Virus record (IMG/VR): IMGVR_UViG_3300027691_000041
Coordinates: 1-51,003 of that record
Origin: a virus
Lineage: Duplodnaviria; Caudoviricetes
DNA length: 51,003 bases
Reading direction: 5' to 3' (one strand)
This document shows positions 17,984 to 28,048 of this stretch, piece after piece. The notes under the pieces are model-generated. The model was not told where the DNA came from. It saw only the letters and a list, made by a program, of their open reading frames with translations, and did not search any database. Made by a program: the position numbers and the translations under genes. Each line of letters opens with the position of its first letter. Positions within the stretch are counted from its first letter, which is position 1.

Positions 17984-18229
17984 TTATGCTCCTGTTATAT
18001 AGCGCCTGGTTACGACATACTTCAATAATTGCGCTTTTTGTTCAGACGTAAGCGCCGCCCTTGCTGGTTGTGGAATTGCCGAATTGAGGGACAGCGCGTT
18101 ATCGCTTACCCATTGGTCGATTGCGTTCACTGCCGCTCTCACGTCAATTTTCGTTAAGCCAGGAAAACCCATTTCACTCATCGCTTCCCCCGCCGCATTA
18201 AGTCTTTCTTGATTCGTCATCGTAGCCAT
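17984..18229 (-). CDS. Hypothetical virion-module protein
   Basis: Tightly packed in the late operon. Confidence 0.55.
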   Translation of the reverse strand: MATMTNQERLNAAGEAMSEMGFPGLTKIDVRAAVNAIDQWVSDNALSLNSAIPQPARAALTSEQKAQLLKYVVTRRYITGA

Positions 18230-18232
18230 GAT

Positions 18233-18616
18233 TTATGCCGGTTGACTGCTAGTGTAGGTAAGTGCCGGAAAATTGACTGTGTTCCCGCTCGTAATGACTT
18301 GATTGGTCGTTTCATCCGTGACCATCAAAACCTTGCTCACGTTGTCTGTGAACGCGATGTGAAGATCAGGCGCGGCACCGGAACCAGCCGAAGCAGTCCC
18401 GCTCTTGACCGCAACCGTCAGGACACGAGCCGCGCCGTCTGCACCGGACAAAACGTAATCGGTTGAGGCCATTACGACCGTGCAAACAGCATTGCTGGTG
18501 ACGGTAGCGTAGGAGTTGCCGGCCGCATACGCTTTGAGCAAAAGCATCCTTATTGCGCCGTTTTTTATTGCATTCAACCCACCATCCAGAACATCGGAAT
18601 GAACGTACTTTGCCAA
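18233..18616 (-). CDS. Tail-associated structural protein
   Basis: Likely TTG start at 18616 (AKYVHSDVLDGGL) with GAGGAG RBS. Confidence 0.6.
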   Translation of the reverse strand: MAKYVHSDVLDGGLNAIKNGAIRMLLLKAYAAGNSYATVTSNAVCTVVMASTDYVLSGADGAARVLTVAVKSGTASAGSGAAPDLHIAFTDNVSKVLMVTDETTNQVITSGNTVNFPALTYTSSQPA

Positions 18617-18639
18617 TTTAAATACTCCTCTTAGTTGAT

Positions 18640-20676
18640 TTAGGTTTGTTTCAATCCGTCCATCGTTTCCGCCAGGACGACTCCCGAAACCTTCACGTTG
18701 CCGGATAACACTACTTCGCAGTTGTCGGCCTTGTACCCGCTTGGGAGCCTGAAAGCCCTGCTGTTTGTCACCCGCTTGGTGTGCTTCAGCGCACCGTCTG
18801 CCCATAACTGGAATTGTAGGGAGTCGATGACAAGCGCGGGAATCGCCTGCATGTCGTCTCCGCCAATCTCGTATTCCCCAATCGCCGGATCAGCAAACCC
18901 ATCATCGACAGTTCCGGTGTCAATCAATTGCTGGTTGGATGCAATGATGATGTCGTAGGACGACTGGACGCCCGTTGATTCCGCTTCAGCCATCGTGAAG
19001 TCGGCATCGAGCTTTGCCGCGCCATAGTTGACCGGAGAGGGAAAAAGAAAGTATTTGCTGCGCCATTCATAAAGCAGCTTCGTTCCGGGGTCTCCTTCCC
19101 ACCTGTAAATGCTACCGTCATTTGCCACATAGAGATTGCCGGTAGCCGGATCAGTCCATATGGAAGTTATCTTCTGGTTTATTTTCAGGAATGACGCGGC
19201 TTCGGTCTTGTCGATGACGAACATGAGCGAACTGCCGTCCGAGTAATACCCGGCGTAATAGCGATTGTCGGCGGTAGCCGCAATGAAAGTATCCGGGTTG
19301 AGGTCGGCCCACTCTTTTTGCGTAAATAGATCCTTGGTCACAACATCGTTATGCGTGCCGATAATCACAAGCCCCTGCGGTGCGGCATAGGCCACGCCAA
19401 AGGCGAAACTTGCAACACTGCGCTTGGACATGCAGGGCCACGCCACGGCCAGCTTTTCCATGCCGCCACCCATCGTCAGGGGATCGACGCCGGTAATGGT
19501 GAAGGGATTGCCCTCTGTCATTCCTACAAGCGTTGTGCCGGTAACGCCTATGGCAACAATGTCCTGATCGTACGATTGACGATAACCAACAGGCCACGCA
19601 TAGGGCTTGAAAGGTTCGGAAAAGTGAATCTCGTTTCCGGTGAACCCGGCAGCGATCCCATTCGGCAAAATGACAATGCCTTTCAGGTTCGCGGGTGGCA
19701 TTTTCCACTTGGTCGAAGGCAAGACTTCGCCAAGACTGGAATCGGCCACGGTGTCCGCGAACGTCGTGACTCCCGATGAGAGGGTAACGACGTATTGCAT
19801 TTCGGAACCGGTATTGCCGGAAGTCACTACCCGGTAGACACGCTTTGTCATGCCGGACGTATTGTGGGGTGCAACCCGTATCCAGGCTCCACCGGAGGTA
19901 TAAGTCTGTGTGGTGGACAAGACGACAACGATTTTATTGGTAACCGCATCCACGCTATGGATCGGAAATGTCTGGTTTAAATCCGTCATTCCGACGACTG
20001 CTGAAATCGTTATTTCCTCGAACGCACGAAGTCCGTAGACGGTGTTCAAGGTGACGGTAACAAAGCCGGTAGTGGGTGTGTTCTTGACTGCCGCCGTTAT
20101 TGTCCCGCTGTTTCCCGGAGGTGTGGCCAGCCCGGAAAGGTTCCAGGTAGCGTCTATCTTTCCGCTTACCGTAGTTGATGGTGGCGACGGTTCCGATTCT
20201 TCGTCCCACTGAGTAACGAAGGTGTACACGTAGCTTCTTGAAACCATCGTGCCGCTTACCCCGCCAGAAGGCGTTACGGTCGGTTTGGTGAGGGGAGGGG
20301 AGACGCCCAGCACGTAGCTGTCGGATGGATAAGCCCCTGTTCCCTGAGTTGCCAGGTCGTAGTTCGACACGCGAGGTTCACCGTCCCCGGTGTAGTAGAA
20401 ACGCCTGTCCTCGTTTTCGGCAATGGGGGACCGAGCAACGTCCACGTCTCTGTTCCATGCAAGCCACTTTTCGTTTCCATCCTTTTCCATCCTGAACATT
20501 GAAACAATATCGCCGTCCACAACAGGCTTGAAAACGAGCAGAGGACCGTTTCGCGGTCTCACGTCACCCGAGGTAAGAGTGCAATTCGTCGCGGTCTGTG
20601 CCTGGTTTGGCGCGAGCAGTTGTCTTGCAAGCCGGGGCACCAGGCCAGAGAATCCACTAATACGGAATCCGGTCAC
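18640..20676 (-). CDS. Podoviral tail nozzle/stabilisation protein (P22 gp10 / T7 gp12 equivalent)
   Basis: F.G..PR...LL....AQ.A.N start, FSEP..PYAWP and WRSK.F motifs; beta-propeller-like; 678 aa. Confidence 0.7.
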   Translation of the reverse strand: MTGFRISGFSGLVPRLARQLLAPNQAQTATNCTLTSGDVRPRNGPLLVFKPVVDGDIVSMFRMEKDGNEKWLAWNRDVDVARSPIAENEDRRFYYTGDGEPRVSNYDLATQGTGAYPSDSYVLGVSPPLTKPTVTPSGGVSGTMVSRSYVYTFVTQWDEESEPSPPSTTVSGKIDATWNLSGLATPPGNSGTITAAVKNTPTTGFVTVTLNTVYGLRAFEEITISAVVGMTDLNQTFPIHSVDAVTNKIVVVLSTTQTYTSGGAWIRVAPHNTSGMTKRVYRVVTSGNTGSEMQYVVTLSSGVTTFADTVADSSLGEVLPSTKWKMPPANLKGIVILPNGIAAGFTGNEIHFSEPFKPYAWPVGYRQSYDQDIVAIGVTGTTLVGMTEGNPFTITGVDPLTMGGGMEKLAVAWPCMSKRSVASFAFGVAYAAPQGLVIIGTHNDVVTKDLFTQKEWADLNPDTFIAATADNRYYAGYYSDGSSLMFVIDKTEAASFLKINQKITSIWTDPATGNLYVANDGSIYRWEGDPGTKLLYEWRSKYFLFPSPVNYGAAKLDADFTMAEAESTGVQSSYDIIIASNQQLIDTGTVDDGFADPAIGEYEIGGDDMQAIPALVIDSLQFQLWADGALKHTKRVTNSRAFRLPSGYKADNCEVVLSGNVKVSGVVLAETMDGLKQT

Positions 20677-20906
20677 ACTTCCCCCGCGATAAGATTCATT
20701 GATTTCAATCTATCTTCCACTGCGTGGCGTTGTGTTTCGTTCATGGTATGTTCTGGGGTAATGGCAAACCTGTTATCTCGAATGCGAATCGATGCCAGAA
20801 GACGATCCGGTTTCCTCAAGCAAAGTACCGCTTCGGCAACGTAGAACCACGCACCTTTCGAATCGATGCCGTTTTCTTCGTACGTACATAAAAGGTTAAG
20901 ATTCAT
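20673..20906 (-). CDS. Hypothetical protein
   Basis: Start MNLNLL at 20906 with GGGGAAGG RBS; GTGA overlap with the nozzle gene. Confidence 0.5.
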   Translation of the reverse strand: MNLNLLCTYEENGIDSKGAWFYVAEAVLCLRKPDRLLASIRIRDNRFAITPEHTMNETQRHAVEDRLKSMNLIAGEV

Positions 20907-20938
20907 GTTCCTTCCCCAATCCACGAACAATGGGCGAA

Positions 20939-21451
20939 TTAGCGGCTTCTGCCTTCGCATATCGCTCTTTCTTCGGCACGTCGCTTGACGAGTCCTGGCA
21001 GCACTTTTCGTCCAGGTCCGTACTTGAATGCCTCGATTCGCTCGCACGCGGCGGCATATTCCCCCGCGTTTATCAGGTCAATAAGGTTAGGCGGCTTTCC
21101 AGGCTTTGCTTTCCGGCAAAAAGTAGGGACACCAATGTTGTATGCCAGAGAAACGAACGCGCCGAACTCGTAGGGTGTCAGCGGAGCCGTGACACATCGG
21201 CGTACGCCTTGGGCGTAAACGTTGTCCACGTCTTCTAGCAACCGCTTCAATGCTCGTTCTGGCGTGATTCTGTCTCCCATCTTCACGCCACGAGTAGAGC
21301 CATAGCCGATAGTGGGAACATCGCCTTTGACTGGAACATAGGCAGTCTCACGAAAACTCTCGTACCCCGCGATTCCAGTTAATGTGGATGCCGCAAGCAC
21401 GATCACGCTTGCTGCGCTGCGCAAGGCAATCTGTGCGCTTTCCATTCCCAT
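20939..21451 (-). CDS. SAR endolysin (GH24 lysozyme)
   Basis: N-terminal A-rich weakly hydrophobic segment, then E...D.PTIGYG.T catalytic region, FVSLAYNIG and GLVKRR.EE..IC. Confidence 0.92.
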   Translation of the reverse strand: MGMESAQIALRSAASVIVLAASTLTGIAGYESFRETAYVPVKGDVPTIGYGSTRGVKMGDRITPERALKRLLEDVDNVYAQGVRRCVTAPLTPYEFGAFVSLAYNIGVPTFCRKAKPGKPPNLIDLINAGEYAAACERIEAFKYGPGRKVLPGLVKRRAEERAICEGRSR

Positions 21452-21726
21452 TATTTACGCTCCAAAAGGCAGTCCAGCAATTCCAGCTTGCGGATGATTT
21501 TTTCGGTCCCTGGCACGTCCTCGTCTGCGGGAGGACATGGCGGCAAGGTCGCGGCGGGTTTCTGTGCCCGCTTCGGAACGTGCTTTTTCTCTGGTTCCTT
21601 ACGTTCCGGTTCCGGCTCTACATACTTTTCTTGTGGCGTGGCCGCTGTTGCGGTCCCATCGTACGATTGCGGTGGGGGGACAGTGCAGGCCACCAATGCC
21701 ACACAGAAAATCATCATTCGGATCAT
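21451..21726 (-). CDS. Pro-rich lipoprotein in the lysis cluster
   Basis: Lipobox ALVA-C after a short hydrophobic signal. Confidence 0.55.
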   Translation of the reverse strand: MIRMMIFCVALVACTVPPPQSYDGTATAATPQEKYVEPEPERKEPEKKHVPKRAQKPAATLPPCPPADEDVPGTEKIIRKLELLDCLLERK

Positions 21727-22046
21727 CGTCTACGACGCTCTTTCTCAATCAGGATATCGAGGCGTTTCAGCGTTTCATCCTGGAATTCATGCTGACTGTC
21801 ATGCAGCGTGTCGTAAGAATCTTCAAGCCTGTCCTGTCTGGCCTCCTGCCGATGCTGCCTTGCGTCTTGCTGGTCCAGCCGCCATGTATTTCGAGCGATA
21901 TCGCGCTTGTTGCCGATGTTGTCCATGAACAAGCCGATGCTTCCCCCGAGCAAGCCCATGAGTGCCCAGGGCAGCAACTTGAAGCCCAGGTCGCGCAACC
22001 AGTCGGGCACGCGCCAGCCTTTTTTTTCGGTTTCTTCCACCATCAT
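21723..22046 (-). CDS. Single-TM protein, holin/antiholin candidate
   Basis: Probable ATGATG start at 22046; TM LLPWALMGLLGGSIGLF followed by coiled coil; upstream of the endolysin. Confidence 0.45.
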   Translation of the reverse strand: MMVEETEKKGWRVPDWLRDLGFKLLPWALMGLLGGSIGLFMDNIGNKRDIARNTWRLDQQDARQHRQEARQDRLEDSYDTLHDSQHEFQDETLKRLDILIEKERRRR

Positions 22047-22204
22047 TTGATAAGGAGAAAAACAGCAGTGATTCCAGCTGCGATCACCGCAGCACCGGTC
22101 CACTTAGAAGCCTTCAATTTGTCGAGCAATGAATCAGCGCCCGCATCCATCTTTTTGTTAATTGCCTGAAGTTGCTCTTTCTCTCGTTGAAACTTCGTCG
22201 TCAT
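22043..22204 (-). CDS. Small C-terminal TM protein (53 aa), holin candidate
   Basis: Manual translation MTTKFQREKEQ...KWTGAAVIAAGITAVFLLIK; GGAG RBS. Confidence 0.5.
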   Translation of the reverse strand: MTTKFQREKEQLQAINKKMDAGADSLLDKLKASKWTGAAVIAAGITAVFLLIK

Positions 22205-22218
22205 GTGTGGCTCCCAAT

Positions 22219-22247
22219 AAAAAAGCCGCTCAAGGCGGCTTTGTTTT
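22219..22247 (-). terminator. Rho-independent terminator
   Basis: AAAAAGCCGC-TCAAG-GCGGCTTT hairpin with A/T tails. Confidence 0.75.
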
Positions 22248-22266
22248 AATCACTGATGTACGGTTT

Positions 22267-22764
22267 TTACCAGACAATGGCGTCTAGTTGCTCTGCCGTT
22301 GCAGATGGTCCGAGTGCGTTTATCTGGTCTTCCAGTCGTTGGCGTTTCCCCGTGAGGTCACCGTGTATCATCGAAAACAAAACCGCCTTGGTCATGATCC
22401 TATTCACGAACTGAATCTTCGGTATCCCGCGAGCAGCTGCGGCAGCATCAATCCAGGGTGTAGAAACAGTTGATCCACTGGCAATCCAGGAACGTGCCTC
22501 GCTCTCCTGCTTGGCCCAGCTTTGCACTTCGCTTTCTGGATAGCCTTGAGTCAACTCACGCATTGCTATCTCATAACTTGCATTGATACGCATCAACGCT
22601 TTTTCTTTTAATAGAACGGGCATAGCCGCGTCTATCTGTTGTTGCGTTGGCGGCGGTAAATGGTAGTTCCACTCTTTGATGTATGGACCTTCGCCATCGT
22701 CTTGTAGAGAGAACTGAGAATCGTGGATTTCAGGGTAAACGCTTTTAATTTCTTCGTATAACAT
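22267..22764 (-). CDS. Tail fibre assembly chaperone (XkdW-like N-terminus)
   Basis: LQDDGEGPYIKEWN...P.PT and YP..E..SW..Q..EA motifs, ends in W; follows the fibre gene. Confidence 0.75.
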   Translation of the reverse strand: MLYEEIKSVYPEIHDSQFSLQDDGEGPYIKEWNYHLPPPTQQQIDAAMPVLLKEKALMRINASYEIAMRELTQGYPESEVQSWAKQESEARSWIASGSTVSTPWIDAAAAARGIPKIQFVNRIMTKAVLFSMIHGDLTGKRQRLEDQINALGPSATAEQLDAIVW

Positions 22765-23718
22765 TCATGCGTTCCTAATAAAAGAGCCTGTCATGACAGC
22801 GGAAGTTGCTTTTATAGTCGTTCCAGCGGCATAGACATACAATTCCACGTAATCACTTGTACCGTTACAATAAATTACATTTGAAACAACGGGAGCAATG
22901 CAATCGGCATACCCTGCACTTGAAATATTTAGCTGCGAGCCACGCCTTTCCAGCGTGCCATTCCTGTATAAAGCCGCATAACCTACAAGGATCGGCAAAC
23001 CAACGATGTTGACCATTCCGTTTATTTGATAATAACCGGCCACGGTTGGGGTGAACCGGCTCGCCGCGAAGTTCGAGTTAGTGTCAAATTCCTCACTTGC
23101 GAGTGTTACTTTTGTGAGCACTGCCGACGAAAGCGTTTGAGCGGTGAAATTGCCAACCGAGAAAGCAGGCCCATAAGACAACCCCAGCGTAGCCCTTGCA
23201 GCAGAAGCATTGGTGTCATCAAGCAATGTTTTGATGTAGGTAGTAACGCCCAGCGTTGTGAGCATTTCCCCCGCGTTTGCATCGTCCAGCAGATTCCTTG
23301 CAGCCGAAGTTAAGGATGCAAGTGCTGCCGTACCTGAGCCTGTGAAATACGGTAACTTGTCAGCACCAGAAATAAGTGTCGCAATCGCTGCTAGGTTTGG
23401 ATTTGCAATCGACTCCAAAAGAGCAATATTCACCATCCCGGCTACAAAGTAATCTCCTGCGGCCCATGTTCGCGCATCCGTACCGTCCAAACCGCGCCCA
23501 CCTGTTGCGATGGTCAAGGAGTCGCTTGATCTGGCATCTACCTTGACTATTTCTCGGTTACCGGAGGCATCCTTGAATATTCCGTAGAAGTAATCCCCGG
23601 TTCCGAGCGCCGGGAAAAGCGAACCTTTTCCGGCCTCCACGGAAAAACTCAGGCCAGTAGTCCCGGTAGGGGCGGAAGCAACAATGGCTTTCCCGAAGTT
23701 AGAGAACTTTATCCCCAT
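22765..23718 (-). CDS. Tail fibre protein (C1q-like tip)
   Basis: EIVKV..RS.D.LTI..RG.DGT.AR.W anchor, ADKLPYFTG repeat, C-terminal PAFS...FDT...RFTPTVAGYYQ. Confidence 0.75.
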   Translation of the reverse strand: MGIKFSNFGKAIVASAPTGTTGLSFSVEAGKGSLFPALGTGDYFYGIFKDASGNREIVKVDARSSDSLTIATGGRGLDGTDARTWAAGDYFVAGMVNIALLESIANPNLAAIATLISGADKLPYFTGSGTAALASLTSAARNLLDDANAGEMLTTLGVTTYIKTLLDDTNASAARATLGLSYGPAFSVGNFTAQTLSSAVLTKVTLASEEFDTNSNFAASRFTPTVAGYYQINGMVNIVGLPILVGYAALYRNGTLERRGSQLNISSAGYADCIAPVVSNVIYCNGTSDYVELYVYAAGTTIKATSAVMTGSFIRNA

Positions 23719-23720
23719 GA

Positions 23721-24344
23721 TTAACGCCTTCTCATGATTGAAGTCCGAAGCGGCGAGCGGTTATAACTTTTCGCCTCCCTTACCCCGGCACGCGCCGTCT
23801 GGATCAGGAACATTTGCGCGTGATAATTCGCCAGCACCGCATCCGTGTACGGCTTTTTCGGGGAGAGCATGAGCCGTGCGAGAGCGCCGTGTTCTATTGC
23901 CTCGTGATACTCATTGAAAATGTCGTCATCGATCCCGGCAGAACCTTGCGAGGGCTTGAGAACAACCCGTACTTTCAGCGTGCCGGATAAATCCGGCTTA
24001 GGAACAAGGGTGAAGGAAATAGGCCCACCAAGCACATATTCAGGAATCCCCGATACATTGCGCCAGTTCCATATTTTTATTTCATGCTCCATCGTACTGA
24101 CTTCAATTTGCTTGTCGTTGAACTCAGCGTAGGTTACCGCGTGTACCGTGGCGCCCTCTGGCGGATCGAAAAAGTATTTTGCGGTGTCTGAAAGAACCAG
24201 TATCTCCGGGTGTGCATAGCGCCACGCTAACGATTGCTCGCAAAAAGCGATAGCGGCCTGCCGCAGCGCGATTGTTTGAGCGGCTTGCGGGCACCCTGGA
24301 ACATGAGGGGAAAGCAGGTCGAAAAAATTGTTCCAGGTTTTCAT
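23721..24344 (-). CDS. Head-tail adaptor / tail tubular protein A-like
   Basis: VPGCP...ALRQAAI.FC..S..W and I..GALARL...P.KP motifs. Confidence 0.7.
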   Translation of the reverse strand: MKTWNNFFDLLSPHVPGCPQAAQTIALRQAAIAFCEQSLAWRYAHPEILVLSDTAKYFFDPPEGATVHAVTYAEFNDKQIEVSTMEHEIKIWNWRNVSGIPEYVLGGPISFTLVPKPDLSGTLKVRVVLKPSQGSAGIDDDIFNEYHEAIEHGALARLMLSPKKPYTDAVLANYHAQMFLIQTARAGVREAKSYNRSPLRTSIMRRR

Positions 24345-24673
24345 ATAGGTGCCTCGCCACCGAACAGATTGACAAAGGCCGCTGCCCTTCCAGAATTGGC
24401 GTGTTCGTCGTCTGTCATTTCAGCACGCGCGACCACGTAGTCAGCCAGGACCTGCGCGTAAGCCGCCTCGGTTGGCAGCATATCTGTCAGGATCGCTTCG
24501 CCGGAAGGAAGACTGTCGAACTGCCCTATGAACAAATCAGGGCGGCGTTTAACGAGCGCAAGTGTGCCGTGGTTGGCAAACAACATAAGTTGCTCATCGG
24601 AGTACCGCGCCTTGTCTGTGTCGTTCAATGGCACGCGAGCCAGATCAACTACGGTCTGGTAGGTGTATGCCAT
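24341..24673 (-). CDS. Head-completion/adaptor-like protein
   Basis: AR..LND...RY...L....N....L..RRPD motif. Confidence 0.6.
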   Translation of the reverse strand: MAYTYQTVVDLARVPLNDTDKARYSDEQLMLFANHGTLALVKRRPDLFIGQFDSLPSGEAILTDMLPTEAAYAQVLADYVVARAEMTDDEHANSGRAAAFVNLFGGEAPI

Positions 24674-25050
24674 TAGGCGTTACCTGCCTCATGCTTACCG
24701 AACAGAGCGATTACTTTATGCCTGATGGTTTCTTCGCTCTGGCGTTTGTCCAGCCGCTCGTTATAGTTCGTTTCGGCAAATTCGAGCAAAGCCTGTTTGT
24801 TCATGCCGTGAAAGTCGATTACCGGCAGCGGTTCTTCAACCGGCTTTTCTTCCGGCTTCAAGCCCACGGATTCCGTGCTTACAGCTTCCTCGTCAGGCGT
24901 TTTCGCCCACGTGTCGGTATAGACCGCCAGTTTTTCCGCCACTTCCGGGCTTACGTTTCGCGTTTGCCCAGGTTCCCACAGCAACCCTACGCCGGTTATG
25001 GAGTCAGTCTTGGGATAATTCAGCAAATATTTGATTAACATTTTTATCAT
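24673..25050 (-). CDS. Hypothetical head-module protein
   Basis: C-terminal M.K..L..FA...Y...LDKR small helical domain. Confidence 0.55.
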   Translation of the reverse strand: MIKMLIKYLLNYPKTDSITGVGLLWEPGQTRNVSPEVAEKLAVYTDTWAKTPDEEAVSTESVGLKPEEKPVEEPLPVIDFHGMNKQALLEFAETNYNERLDKRQSEETIRHKVIALFGKHEAGNA

Positions 25051-25053
25051 CCA

Positions 25054-25085
25054 TAAAAAAGGGCGACTCCAAAGAATCGCCCTTA
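25054..25085 (-). terminator. Terminator after the capsid genes
   Basis: AAGGGCGA...TCGCCCTT stem with an A6 run (U-tract on -). Confidence 0.75.
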
Positions 25086-25107
25086 ACCACCGTACTTAAA
25101 AGGAACC

Positions 25108-25548
25108 TTACTTGATACCTTCGGCTATACCCGTGGCAATGGCTGTTACTGCGCCAGAGGCGAACACGTTCGCGGATGCAGTTAAGGTAATCGTGATGTA
25201 AACGTCTTTCTCGAACTTGATGGGTTGAAACACCATTTCCTTGCGCCCAGCAGCGGCTAGCAGGGTTGTGGCTGTCGCGGCAAAGTAATCATCGTCGGCA
25301 GTCGGCCCATCGGAATCGACGGGCGCATAGCCCACTTTTCCTGAGATTGTGCCGGTGCCGCTATCCAGATCGTCCGTGACAAAAGCCAAACCTGTTACCA
25401 GCATCCCAGCCGGAATGCGAACAGGCCGGTAAACGTCGGCGGACGCGCCAGCGGTCGGCGTCACCGAACCGGTGACTATAACGGCGTTGCCGTATCCGCC
25501 CATGAAACGGGCTTTGCTATTCAAATCTGCTGCATTAAATGTTGGCAT
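25108..25548 (-). CDS. Capsid decoration/cement protein
   Basis: 146-aa A/T/G-rich beta protein directly after the major capsid gene. Confidence 0.6.
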   Translation of the reverse strand: MPTFNAADLNSKARFMGGYGNAVIVTGSVTPTAGASADVYRPVRIPAGMLVTGLAFVTDDLDSGTGTISGKVGYAPVDSDGPTADDDYFAATATTLLAAAGRKEMVFQPIKFEKDVYITITLTASANVFASGAVTAIATGIAEGIK

Positions 25549-25613
25549 TGCTCGAACTCCTTAAAAAATGGGGAAAGTAGCGGAACTAGCGCCCCGCTAT
25601 ATTCGGTATTGGC

Positions 25614-26885
25614 TTAGAGTTGTACGGCTGAATCCACGGCGATTACACCGAAGTCCGTAGGCACCTTGGAGCCGGTGCCGTCGTCCACGCTGAAGCGCGT
25701 CTTGGCCTTTCCGGAAACCTTCTCACCCATGACCTCCAAATTGCTTTCGAAGTTGTACCAATGCTCTTTCCAGCCGAACTGCATCCCGCTTACTTTGGTT
25801 TTGCCGTAAGCAATCCCCAGCGCTTGAGCGCCGAGCAGCAGTCCGCGCTCAACCGCGTAACCGGCAGTCAATGATGCGCTAACAGCCTGATCCGTTTCCG
25901 TTGCGGTTGCGGCATTGGCGGCGGTGATGATCTTCGTGGTTTCGCTGGGCATGAAACGAATGGCACGCTCGTTTTTGATAACCAGAATGCCGTTCCACAT
26001 ACCGACTTCACCAGCAAACAAGGGATGGCGGGTATCAAAATACGCAGCCCGGTTTACCGCATTTTGTTGAAATGCGCGAAGCGAACCTTCCGTCAACAGT
26101 ATTGAATACTGGTTCGGGGTTGCCAGGAATACCCACATCTTGGATGTTTGCGCAGCCCTGTCACCGGACATCTTGACCGATTGCAAGGGTTGATCCATAT
26201 CATCCAGGCGCTTGCGAAGCACGTCCAGGTGCGCGAGTTTCAGCAAGTCGGTTGACGCTATGGAACCGAGTTGCTGCCCGCCAGCGGTCAAGTTTGCCCC
26301 GTTTACAACGAAGTGCCGGTTGTAGGTCGGAGCCTTGACCGGGTTGACCATGATCGAACCGAAGTTTGCCGCGCTTTGCAGCGGAACGGTCCAGTCGGTC
26401 CCCATTTGGGAGCCACGCGCCCCGGCAAGATGTACAAGTGTTTCTTGTGTGTCGAGACGGGGAAAGTACCCCGACAATTGCGCCAGGGCGATTTCGCGCA
26501 GTTGATGCTTCGTGCGCTGTTGGCTCATGCTGCCGCCAGCGTCGATCACTTTGGAAGCCAGGTCGATCTTGATTTCCATCGAAGAGAACGAAAGAGGACT
26601 TCCCCGGCCTTCACGGTTGACGTCACCCATCAGCGGCTCGCCACTGATAGTGTCCACCAGGTCGAGAGAGACAACATCGCCCGCGCTCTTCATCAGGTTA
26701 TCGATACGGACAATGGGCATTCCAGCCTGTGTCTGACCAGCAATCTTCTGCATTGCGGCAGTAGGTTCGACAGGTCCGACCAGATTATCCATTGCCGTCG
26801 TGCCCCTAAGCGTGTTTGCAAAGAGAGCTGCCGAATAATGCTTTATGGCAATCGAGCTGCCACTTGCTACGTTTGTTTCAGCCAT
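25614..26885 (-). CDS. Major capsid protein (N4-gp56/DUF4043 family)
   Basis: PIVRI..L.KSAGD.V..DL, GG.MSQQRT...LR, HPLF.GE.GMWNGIL, LLGAQAL and DFGVIAVDSA motifs. Confidence 0.9.
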   Translation of the reverse strand: MAETNVASGSSIAIKHYSAALFANTLRGTTAMDNLVGPVEPTAAMQKIAGQTQAGMPIVRIDNLMKSAGDVVSLDLVDTISGEPLMGDVNREGRGSPLSFSSMEIKIDLASKVIDAGGSMSQQRTKHQLREIALAQLSGYFPRLDTQETLVHLAGARGSQMGTDWTVPLQSAANFGSIMVNPVKAPTYNRHFVVNGANLTAGGQQLGSIASTDLLKLAHLDVLRKRLDDMDQPLQSVKMSGDRAAQTSKMWVFLATPNQYSILLTEGSLRAFQQNAVNRAAYFDTRHPLFAGEVGMWNGILVIKNERAIRFMPSETTKIITAANAATATETDQAVSASLTAGYAVERGLLLGAQALGIAYGKTKVSGMQFGWKEHWYNFESNLEVMGEKVSGKAKTRFSVDDGTGSKVPTDFGVIAVDSAVQL

Positions 26886-26897
26886 TTCATTTAATCC

Positions 26898-27917
26898 TTA
26901 ATCGAGTTCGGCACGCATGGCGGCGGCTTTATGATCCGGCATCTTCAGCAGCTTTTGAGCCAGTTCAAGGGGACTCAAATTCTCAAGTTGCTCGCGCTCA
27001 GATGTAGGGTTATCCCCGCCACGAATATCCGAAAGGGTTGTGGGTTTCTTCACCACGGCTTTCTCAAGTTTTTCCTTGGCTTTTTCCTTGGTTTTTTCCT
27101 TGTCTTCCGGTGGTGAAGCAGTAGGTGGTTCGGTTGCTTCTGGCATGATTGTCTTGACGCGCCGGACCACTTCGACAAAGCGCTCGTCGTAGGTTTTCTT
27201 CGCCCACTTCGGGTTTTGCAAAAGTATCTGGTCCTGCATCAACGCTTCCTTCCAGGCGTCCTCGTCGTTCGCTTCCCAATGCACCAGGTGAGGGTTGTTT
27301 TCCTTCGCTTCCTGAACTTGCTCATCGATCACTCGCTTTTGCGCAGCGGCTTCCTCGTCGGATTTCTTCTTTGCTTCGGCCCTATCTTCTTCGATCTGCC
27401 GCGATAAGTCGCTAACAATCTCTGTGACAGAATCGAATGAAGCCCCGATTTCTGGAAAGTCCTCTTTCAAGGCAGCGATACGATCTTTGAGCTGCTTCTG
27501 AATCTCAGAACGCCCTTCCGGTGTTTTGGCTTGCGCTTGCTGTTTCCTCAGAGATTCAAGTTCAGCTTGGGTATTCTGCAAAGATTGCAGTTTGTCCCGA
27601 AGCGTCGCGTTTTCCACACGAAGCTCTTTGAGCTTTTCGTACGGAATCGTCCCTTTGCCGCTCTTGTTCAGAACAACAGGCTCATCCTCTTGGTCCTGTT
27701 CTTCTTCCTTTTCCCCATCGTCCTTGCCCGCGCCGTTAGCCGCGCCTTCTTCCTCTTCCTGTTTGGGTTCGTCCTTTGGTTTATCGGTTTTGTCTTCCTG
27801 GCTTGCCAGAATCTCGGCAAGTTTGTCCGGATCGTTCTCTAAGATTTCGATCTGTTCCGGCGTAAGGTTTGCGATCTGTTCGTCTGTGACGTCTGAAAAT
27901 TCCATGCCTTTCTCCAC
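26898..27917 (-). CDS. Scaffolding protein
   Basis: Acidic coiled coil, K.GK.TIPY..L motif, upstream of the capsid gene. Confidence 0.75.
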   Translation of the reverse strand: MEKGMEFSDVTDEQIANLTPEQIEILENDPDKLAEILASQEDKTDKPKDEPKQEEEEGAANGAGKDDGEKEEEQDQEDEPVVLNKSGKGTIPYEKLKELRVENATLRDKLQSLQNTQAELESLRKQQAQAKTPEGRSEIQKQLKDRIAALKEDFPEIGASFDSVTEIVSDLSRQIEEDRAEAKKKSDEEAAAQKRVIDEQVQEAKENNPHLVHWEANDEDAWKEALMQDQILLQNPKWAKKTYDERFVEVVRRVKTIMPEATEPPTASPPEDKEKTKEKAKEKLEKAVVKKPTTLSDIRGGDNPTSEREQLENLSPLELAQKLLKMPDHKAAAMRAELD

Positions 27918-28002
27918 TTCGGTAACGTCGTTAGCACGCCTGCAAAAGCAGGATGGTTAAAAAAACTGCGATATCGCCGTGAGCGCGGCCCGTCCGGGCA
28001 AT

Positions 28003-28030
28003 AAAAAAAGCCGCTCGAAAGCGGCTTCTT
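28003..28030 (-). terminator. Rho-independent terminator
   Basis: AAAAAAAGCCGC-TCGAAA-GCGGCTT. Confidence 0.75.
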
Positions 28031-28048
28031 GAAAACTGATGATGGAAT

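Noticed and set aside
16051-23718. Diversity-generating retroelement acting on tail genes
   Set aside because: No reverse transcriptase and no TR/VR repeat pair noticed in the window.
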